A stretch of DNA of 32,000 bases from Verrucomicrobiota bacterium (GTDB lineage: Bacteria; Verrucomicrobiota; Verrucomicrobiia; Chthoniobacterales; UBA6821): positions 5,023 through 37,022 of the forward strand of contig WBXG01000008.1 in the NCBI GenBank assembly GCA_008932965.1, given 5' to 3'. Position 1 is the stretch's first letter. The number at the start of each line of letters is the position of its first letter. This document shows, one piece after another, positions 24,406 to 32,000 of this stretch. A model generated the notes under the pieces. That model was not told the origin of the DNA, ran no database searches, and saw nothing but the letters and a program-made list of their open reading frames with translations. Position numbers and translations under genes: made by a program.

Positions 24406-25211
24406 AGGGATCCTTTTTGAAGGAGTAGCAGTAGCACAATCGAAATACTATTAAAAGTAGCATGAACGCAAATATTGGCCCAAAGTGAACCTGTTCGTTC
24501 ATAGAGTAAGCAGAGCATTACGGCAAGCAATCCAAGTCCTAGCATCGAGGGGAGATGTAGATGCACTGCTGCAAATAAAACAGAAGTCACTATTATTGCT
24601 GGGAGACGCCCTGTAAAGCGACGTAAGACGCTATAGAGATAACCGCGAAAAAGAAACTCCTCAGCACAGGGAGCCACTATCACGGCCATGACAATGATGG
24701 CAAGACGTTCTTTAAAAGCGGGATGGGTTAAAAAATAGGTCACCACTGCTTGTGTCTCATCGCTACTGCCAAAGAGAATTTCGATTGTTGCTTGGCTCGC
24801 CACAATAAGTGGGTAGGTGACAAGCAGCCAGAGAAGGGCTTTTTTAATAATTTGGAGAGGATTTGATGGAGTGAGTCCAAAAAGTTTTATCGGAGATAAA
24901 TGCCGTAGTGAGAGAAAAGAACAGATTCCCCCCACAATTAAAAAATAAAGGACTCCGTTGATGAGAATAGCAGATAGGGTGATGTCTTGATCCTTTCCAA
25001 AAGAGGTAATGATCACACAAAGAAACCATCCAATTAAGAGCATTGCAACGAGAGCATCGAGAAGAGTGAAGGGTCCTGTCTTTAAAACAGCTTTGCGAGT
25101 AACTCGACAGGCGATCCATCCATAAAAAGTGAAAAGGGATGCTAAGAAGAAAGTGATTCTTATTTCAGTCATGATGGAAGAAGAAAAATAGGTGCATAAC
25201 GACATAATCAT
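24402..25211 (-). CDS. CPBP-family intramembrane glutamic endopeptidase (CAAX protease / Abi family)
   Basis: It has multiple TM helices. The conserved motifs are EEFLFRGYL, FAAVH and H..FN (CVHATFNS). Confidence 0.85.
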   Translation of the reverse strand: MIMSLCTYFSSSIMTEIRITFFLASLFTFYGWIACRVTRKAVLKTGPFTLLDALVAMLLIGWFLCVIITSFGKDQDITLSAILINGVLYFLIVGGICSFLSLRHLSPIKLFGLTPSNPLQIIKKALLWLLVTYPLIVASQATIEILFGSSDETQAVVTYFLTHPAFKERLAIIVMAVIVAPCAEEFLFRGYLYSVLRRFTGRLPAIIVTSVLFAAVHLHLPSMLGLGLLAVMLCLLYERTGSLWANICVHATFNSISIVLLLLLQKGSL

Positions 25212-25229
25212 AAGTGACTAAAAAATTTA

Positions 25230-25409
25230 ATTCGGATATTTCATACTGAAGTGTCATAAGGTGCTGTGCAAAGCTTATTAGTAGAAGGTGGGTGAAGGAT
25301 AGTGATTCCGGGCTCTATGAGTCCCTACTTTTCCTATCACCATTTAAGGACGAAATAGCAATAATAAGGTTTCCACGAGCTGTAATGAATTTAGTATGAA
25401 ATATGGGGT
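25230..25409 (-). mobile_element. MITE-like repeat, copy 4 (180 bp, subtype B, inverted relative to copy 3), flanked by TA at 25228-25229 and 25410-25411
   Basis: The ends are attcggatatttcatactg and tagtatgaaatatggggt. The left end lies 18 bp upstream of the CPBP start codon. Confidence 0.85.
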
Positions 25410-25558
25410 TAAGTATGTTCACAAAAACTTCAGCGTCAAATTCAATATAGAGTCATTGTCTTGTGAATAACTTGGGAATAAATGGGAATGAATCCCAAGA
25501 GAGCTTCTCTCTTTTCTAAGCTGGATTATTAACGTTGGTTGTTTTAGAGATAGAGTTT

Positions 25559-26950
25559 ATGTCAAAAGTTGAATTACGTGCAAATCTGGAGAAGCTTGGG
25601 GTTCACCCGAGTAAAATGTTAGGTCAAAACTTTCTCTTAGATTCTAATTTAGCACGAGCTATCGTTGCTGACAGTAATCCTCAGAAAGGGGACCATTGCG
25701 TTGAGATTGGGCCTGGAATGGGAGCTCTTACCGAGCATCTTTACAACTCTGCGGCATCTCGTATTACCCTTATTGAGCGAGACCATCGTTTTGTAGCAGC
25801 ACTGAAACAACGCTATGAAAGTTCCCGTGTTCGTGTGATCGGTGGCGATGCTGCCAAAATTGATTTAAGAGAATTGTATGGATATGGACCTATCAAAGTC
25901 ATTGGTAATCTCCCTTATAGTGCCTCCACAGCAATTATTGCTCGTTTTACAGAAGCTCTTTCACCCGCTTCCAGCCTTGTTCTCATGCTGCAACGAGAGG
26001 TTGCTCAAAGATTGGCAGCTACTCCCGGAGATGACGATTATGGGGCCCTTACTGTTTTGTTGGGACGACGTTGGTGTGTGAAGAAAAAGCGTATCGTCCC
26101 TCCTGATGTTTTTTGGCCTCGGCCAAGTGTTGAGTCAGCTGTGGTCAAAATAACACGACGTCCTATTCAAGAAATCCCTCCCTGCAATGAGGCGTTTTTT
26201 CACGATATGGTTCGGCTTGGGTTTTCCTCGCGACGCAAGCAACTTGGTTCATTGCTAAAAACATCTTCCTCTCGATGGCTCCAAATAGTAACTGACTTAG
26301 GGTATCCCCCGACGATTCGTGCTGAAAATCTCAACATCAAGGAGTGGTCTTTTTTAGTGAATCAACTCTCCCTTGTGAGTCCGGAATCCAAGGAAGAGTT
26401 ATTCGATGTTGTTGATGAAAATGATATTGTTGTTAGCTCGCAAGAGCGACATTTTGTTCATGTGAATAAGTTGTTGCATCGTGCTGTTCACATATGGATT
26501 TTTAACAATCGTGGAGAACTCTTTCTTCAAAAGCGTTCTTATTGGAAAGAAAATCATCCAGGTCTCTGGTGTTCGAGTGTTGCTGGGCATGTCTCCGCTG
26601 GTGAAAACTACTTGGAGGCAGCAAAAAGAGAATTATTCGAAGAGTTAGGAGTAAATGTTCCGCTCCAACTCATCCACAGGATTCTGGCAAGTGAAGTGAC
26701 CGGACAAGAATTTGTTGAATGCTTTGTTGGCATTGCAGAAGAACCCTTTTTTTTGGATCCAGAGGAAATTGAAACAGGTGCTTTTTTTCATCCAAGATTG
26801 ATTCAAGAATGGATTGATATTCATCCTGAAGAATTCACTCCACTCTTCAAAGTAATTGCAAAGAAATTCTTAAATGAGCCAGAATGTCTCTTTAAGTCAG
26901 AAAGTTTGGGACATAACATCCCATTTAAAGATCTTAAAAAATCAAATTAA
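25559..26950 (+). CDS. rsmA: Fusion protein: 16S rRNA (adenine1518/1519-N6)-dimethyltransferase RsmA/KsgA (N-terminal ~275 aa) + Idi-like Nudix hydrolase domain (C-terminal ~180 aa)
   Basis: RsmA motifs are LGQNFLLD, EIGPGMGALT and GNLPYSAS. The Nudix box is GHVSAGENYLEAAKRELFEELGV, preceded by LHRAVHIWIFNNRGELFLQKRS. It is a single uninterrupted frame. I prefer the ATG at 25559 over the TTG at 25535. Confidence 0.85.
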   Translation: MSKVELRANLEKLGVHPSKMLGQNFLLDSNLARAIVADSNPQKGDHCVEIGPGMGALTEHLYNSAASRITLIERDHRFVAALKQRYESSRVRVIGGDAAKIDLRELYGYGPIKVIGNLPYSASTAIIARFTEALSPASSLVLMLQREVAQRLAATPGDDDYGALTVLLGRRWCVKKKRIVPPDVFWPRPSVESAVVKITRRPIQEIPPCNEAFFHDMVRLGFSSRRKQLGSLLKTSSSRWLQIVTDLGYPPTIRAENLNIKEWSFLVNQLSLVSPESKEELFDVVDENDIVVSSQERHFVHVNKLLHRAVHIWIFNNRGELFLQKRSYWKENHPGLWCSSVAGHVSAGENYLEAAKRELFEELGVNVPLQLIHRILASEVTGQEFVECFVGIAEEPFFLDPEEIETGAFFHPRLIQEWIDIHPEEFTPLFKVIAKKFLNEPECLFKSESLGHNIPFKDLKKSN

Positions 26951-27034
26951 ATTTTTAGATATATCTTATCTGTTTTACTATAAACATATTACAAATATTA
27001 AAAAACCTGGCATGAGATATGCTACATCATTGGC

Positions 27035-28993
27035 ATGTCTACTAACTCACGAAAAATACTAGGAATTGACTTAGGAACAACCAACTCCTGCATGTCGGTC
27101 ATGGAGGGTTCTGAACCTGTAGTCCTTGAAAATTCAGAGGGTGCCCGCACCACTCCTTCTGTTGTTGCTTTTACTAAGAGTGGTGAACGCCTTGTTGGAC
27201 AAGCTGCAAAACGTCAAGCAATCACGAATGCTCAAAACACGATTGCATCGGTCAAACGCTTCATGGGAATGAGGTTTGATGAAGTCCGCAATGAACAAGA
27301 TCGTGTCCCTTATAAATTAGTTAAAGCTGCTAATGGTGACGTCCACATCCAAGTTGAAATGGAAGGGAAGCCTAAGACTTTCTCACCGCCTGAAATTTCA
27401 GCAATGATTTTAGCAAAACTCAAGGCAGATGCAGAAGCTAAATTAGGGGAAAAAATTACTCAGGCTGTAATTACTGTGCCAGCATACTTTAACGATTCTC
27501 AACGTAATGCAACTAAAGATGCCGGCAAAATTGCAGGCCTTGAAGTGCTTCGTATCATTAATGAACCGACTGCAGCCTCCTTGGCTTACGGTCTAGAAAA
27601 AGAGAAGGACGAAAAAATTGCAGTCTACGATCTTGGTGGTGGTACATTCGACATCTCTGCACTCGAGCTAGGTGATGGTGTCTTCGAAGTGAGAGGAACC
27701 AATGGTGATACTCATCTAGGTGGTGACGATTGGGATTATCGGATCATGGATTGGATTATCAAAGAATTTCAAAATGAATCGAGTATTGATCTCACAAAAC
27801 AACCTGATGCCGTTCAGCGAATCAAAGAAGAGGCTGAAAAGGCAAAAATTGCCCTCTCTTCGACCCAAGAGTATGAGGTCAATTTGCCCTTCGTAACCGC
27901 AGATGCAACGGGTCCAAAGCACATTCAGAAAAAATTGACACGTTCCAAACTTGAACAACTCACAGATGATTTGTTCCAAAGAACCATTAAACCTGTAAAA
28001 GATTGTTTAAAAGATGCAGGCTGGAACACTGGAGATATCAGTGAATTAGTTCTTGTTGGTGGTATGACAAGAATGCCCAAGGTCATTGATACAGCACGTT
28101 CTCTTATTGGAAAAGAGCCACACAAAGGGGTAAATCCTGATGAAGTTGTCGCTATTGGAGCTGCTATTCAAGGTGGTGTGCTCCGCGGAGATGTGAAAGA
28201 TGTTCTCTTGCTTGATGTGACACCATTGACTCTCTCGATCGAGACTGCTGGTGGGGTGGCCACAGCAATGATCCCTCGCAATACAACGATTCCAACAAAA
28301 AAATCACAAACCTTCTCCACCTATAGTGACAACCAGCCAGGGGTAGAAATCAAAGTGATTCAAGGGGAGCGTCCGCTTGCTCGTGATAACAAGCAGCTAG
28401 GGGTCTTTCATCTTGATGGAATTCCACCAGCTCCTCGTGGGGTTCCTCAGATCGAAGTCTCATTTGATATTGATGCGAATGGCATTCTTCATGTAACTGC
28501 AAAAGATCTTGGTAGTGGCAAGGAACAAAAAATTTCTATTACCGGGTCTAGTGGCCTTAGCAAAGAGGAGGTAGAGCGGATGCAGAAAGAAGCTGAGTCA
28601 CATGCTGAAGAAGATAAAAAAGCAAAAGAAGGCATTGAGATCCGCAATAATGCAGATACTCTTGCCTACCAATGCGAGAAGCAACTCACAGAACTTGGTG
28701 ATAAAATCGATGGGGCTTCCAAAAAAGAAGTTGAAGACGATATCGCTGCTGTTCGAGAAGCTCTAAAAGGATCTGACATCGAGGCAATCAAATCTTCCTA
28801 CGACAAACTTCAAACTAAATTCCAGGAAATTAGCACTGAACTCTACAAAAAAGCAGCATCAACTACAAGTCATGAAGAGGCCAGCTCTGAAGCCGGATCT
28901 GCTCATGCTTCATCACACTCAGAAGAGAAAAAAGAGGGGGATGTCGTTGATGCAGAATTCGAAATTGTTGATGATGAAAAAAAGAAAAAATAA
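27035..28993 (+). CDS. dnaK: Molecular chaperone DnaK (Hsp70)
   Basis: It has the [16 protein letters not shown] and [13 protein letters not shown] motifs and an acidic C-terminal tail. Confidence 0.97.
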   Translation: MSTNSRKILGIDLGTTNSCMSVMEGSEPVVLENSEGARTTPSVVAFTKSGERLVGQAAKRQAITNAQNTIASVKRFMGMRFDEVRNEQDRVPYKLVKAANGDVHIQVEMEGKPKTFSPPEISAMILAKLKADAEAKLGEKITQAVITVPAYFNDSQRNATKDAGKIAGLEVLRIINEPTAASLAYGLEKEKDEKIAVYDLGGGTFDISALELGDGVFEVRGTNGDTHLGGDDWDYRIMDWIIKEFQNESSIDLTKQPDAVQRIKEEAEKAKIALSSTQEYEVNLPFVTADATGPKHIQKKLTRSKLEQLTDDLFQRTIKPVKDCLKDAGWNTGDISELVLVGGMTRMPKVIDTARSLIGKEPHKGVNPDEVVAIGAAIQGGVLRGDVKDVLLLDVTPLTLSIETAGGVATAMIPRNTTIPTKKSQTFSTYSDNQPGVEIKVIQGERPLARDNKQLGVFHLDGIPPAPRGVPQIEVSFDIDANGILHVTAKDLGSGKEQKISITGSSGLSKEEVERMQKEAESHAEEDKKAKEGIEIRNNADTLAYQCEKQLTELGDKIDGASKKEVEDDIAAVREALKGSDIEAIKSSYDKLQTKFQEISTELYKKAASTTSHEEASSEAGSAHASSHSEEKKEGDVVDAEFEIVDDEKKKK

Positions 28994-29073
28994 TTTCTGA
29001 ACACTTTTGAAACTTTTAACAGCCGCTAAACGGCTACAATTAACTAACCAAACAACACGGAGGAAATAAACAC

Positions 29074-29367
29074 ATGGCAGTAAATATCCAACCTCTCGGC
29101 GATCGCGTTTTAGTACAACCGGTCGATGAGAAAGAAGTCAAAAAAGGTGGTATCATCATTCCAGATACTGCTAAAGAAAAACCCCAGGAAGCTAGAGTCA
29201 TCGCCTTAGGTACAGGAAAACTTGATGATGAAGGAAAGAAAATAGCATTCACCGTAAAGAAAGGAGACCTAGTGCTCATTTCTAAATATGGTGGCACAGA
29301 AGTCAAAGTTGACGGTGACTCCTACCTCATCATGCGCGAAGATGATATTCTTGGTATCATCGGTTAA
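29074..29367 (+). CDS. groES: Co-chaperonin GroES
   Basis: It is 97 aa, with [12 protein letters not shown] and the mobile-loop region [23 protein letters not shown] lies 9 nt upstream. Confidence 0.97.
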   Translation: MAVNIQPLGDRVLVQPVDEKEVKKGGIIIPDTAKEKPQEARVIALGTGKLDDEGKKIAFTVKKGDLVLISKYGGTEVKVDGDSYLIMREDDILGIIG

Positions 29368-29389
29368 TTTGGCCAAAGCAAAACTCTAA

Positions 29390-31063
<1,674 letters not shown>

Positions 31064-31106
31064 GTTAGTATTTGAACAGTTTGTTCATTTCCCAAAATTA
31101 ATAAAG

Positions 31107-31136
31107 AAGCCACGTCGCAAGGCGTGGCTTTTTTGG
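31107..31136 (+). terminator. Rho-independent terminator after groEL
   Basis: The stem aagccacg/cgtggctt (8 bp) has an 8-nt loop and runs directly into a T-tract (tttttt). Confidence 0.8.
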
Positions 31137-31164
31137 TTAATAGATATTGCTATAGAGAGGGTTA

Positions 31165-31424
31165 ACCCGGATATTTCATACCAATCACCTGCGGAAGCCG
31201 GGAAGTCAGATGGATGCTGCGTAAGACTCCTATTTTGACTTGGACAGTATGTACTCATACAGTCCTGAGTCAAAATACTTGTCTGGGTTGACTCGCTCGC
31301 TCCCGCTCATCTCGCCCTTTCAGGGCTTCCCAAGGGGCAGCTCCCCCTGAGGTTTCCTGACCGCCGGTGGTGCCCCATTAGCCTTTGCGTCTTACTTGTT
31401 ACGATCAGTATGAAATATCCGAGG
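31165..31424 (+). mobile_element. MITE-like repeat, copy 5 (260 bp, subtype A with a GC-rich extra segment of about 80 bp), flanked by TA at 31163-31164 and 31425-31426
   Basis: The ends are acccggatatttcatacc and cagtatgaaatatccgagg. A long imperfect foldback lies at 31233-31275. The extra segment lies within 31277-31376. Confidence 0.85.
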
Positions 31425-31503
31425 TAATACGATCTTCTGCATTGCTTTTAAAAAAAATCTCTGGGCTCTTTCCTCTATCTTCTAAATAATTTGAATGTAA
31501 ACT

Positions 31504-31902
31504 ATGCACCAAGAAAATAGTATGAACTCCATAAAAAAAACCTCTCTCGACTCATATCCCTTTCCGATCGGGCCTTATTCTATTGCAAGAAAGTTGGGTA
31601 ATACCCTCTATCTTTCCGGTCAAATTGGAATCGATCCCGAAACAATGCAGCTTGCGAATGGAATCGAAAAACAAATGCACCGAGCTTTTCAAAATATGCA
31701 GGCTGTTCTTGCTGATGTTGGTGCAACTTTTAAGAATGTTGTCAAAATAACCATTTTTATTACCGACATGAACACTTTTCCATTAGTGAATCAAGTCATG
31801 TCAGAATATTTTTCAGAACCTTATCCAGCGCGTAGTACGCTTGGGGTAAAAGAACTTCCAAAGGGTGCTGTAGTCGAGATTGAAGGGATTGCCGAGTTGT
31901 AG
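31504..31902 (+). CDS. ridA: RidA/YjgF/UK114-family reactive-intermediate deaminase
   Basis: LYLSGQIGIDPET, ARSTLGVKELPKGAVVEIEGIA and the size of about 130 aa are typical. An alternative start lies at 31522. Confidence 0.88.
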   Translation: MHQENSMNSIKKTSLDSYPFPIGPYSIARKLGNTLYLSGQIGIDPETMQLANGIEKQMHRAFQNMQAVLADVGATFKNVVKITIFITDMNTFPLVNQVMSEYFSEPYPARSTLGVKELPKGAVVEIEGIAEL

Positions 31903-32000
31903 TCTCGAATGGTGATTGGGGCTCTATGAGTCCCTGCCGCCCAAGTTAAAATGGGAGTCTAACGTAGCATCCATCTGGCTTTCCGGTCTTCGCAGTAGAT
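31903..32000 (-). mobile_element. MITE-like repeat, copy 6 (subtype A, inverted). It starts at the palindromic core directly after the ridA stop and is cut by the window edge.
   Basis: The reverse complement atctactgcgaagaccggaaagccagatggatgctacgttagactcccattttaacttggg... aligns with the left arm of copies 1 and 5. The arm and TIR expected on the ridA side are absent. Confidence 0.7.

Noticed and set aside
25480-25510. A hairpin cttggga-N15-tcccaag with a GGGAAT direct repeat lies upstream of rsmA.
   Set aside because: It is a single 7-bp stem with a large loop. It recurs nowhere else in the window and has no adjacent T-tract or recognisable motif.
26957-26966. A 10-bp perfect palindrome agatatatct follows the rsmA-nudix stop.
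   Set aside because: It is a loop-less palindrome of A/T-rich sequence in an AT-rich spacer, too short and weak to support a terminator or operator call.
27008-27023. A sigma54-like -24/-12 motif (TGGCAT-N5-ATGCT, correct GG/GC spacing) lies just upstream of dnaK.
   Set aside because: About 8 fixed positions would match roughly once by chance in 64 kb of two-strand sequence. The predicted start site would fall 1-2 nt before the ATG, leaving no leader. A second TGGCAC upstream of the PPIase gene (about 7825) lacks the -12 GC. This is not enough to call a promoter.
26951-29073. I looked for CIRCE (TTAGCACTC-N9-GAGTGCTAA) or sigma32-type promoters upstream of dnaK and groES.
   Set aside because: I saw no CIRCE-like inverted repeat by eye in either leader. 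There is only a TTGAAA hexamer and a weak 5-bp hairpin (agccg-ctaaa-cggct) between dnaK and groES. Absence read by eye is weak evidence, so I made no regulatory call.

Overview
This 32-kb window is mostly a housekeeping chromosomal segment from a moderately AT-rich bacterium. GroEL/DnaK sequence flavour, LpxI in place of LpxH, and many genes without a Shine-Dalgarno suggest a PVC/Verrucomicrobiota-like organism, but that is only a guess. On the plus strand I see hemB (5'-truncated), rimO, an orphan secreted protein, ftsK, a parvulin PPIase, a beta-hydroxyacid dehydrogenase-like gene, ygfZ, a cyclophilin lipoprotein, rdgB, an rsmA-Nudix fusion, dnaK, groES, groEL and ridA. On the minus strand I see ubiE/menG, tRNA-Leu(CAG), HIT, lpxB, a Gfo/Idh/MocA oxidoreductase, lpxI, leuS, prfB (with its classical +1 frameshift site), thiL and a CPBP protease. 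I found no CRISPR array, rRNA, prophage, transposase, toxin-antitoxin or recognisable defence genes. The most striking signal not explained by genes is a family of intergenic repeats of about 130-260 bp, with five complete copies, one truncated copy, and fragments. The copies have terminal inverted repeats (core GGATATTTCATAC / GTATGAAATATCC), a palindromic core, and a TA dinucleotide on both flanks of every complete copy. This is a MITE-like architecture, and the copies sit against stop codons or just upstream of start codons. Other points worth a second look are an RsmA-Nudix gene fusion and two visibly low-GC patches. One patch encodes an orphan secreted coiled-coil protein. The other encodes a secreted IGSD-repeat/Asp-box protein plus a large polytopic membrane protein. 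A Gfo/Idh/MocA gene embedded in the lpxI-lpxB cluster is also notable. All calls come from reading the sequence and ORF translations by eye; no searches were run.
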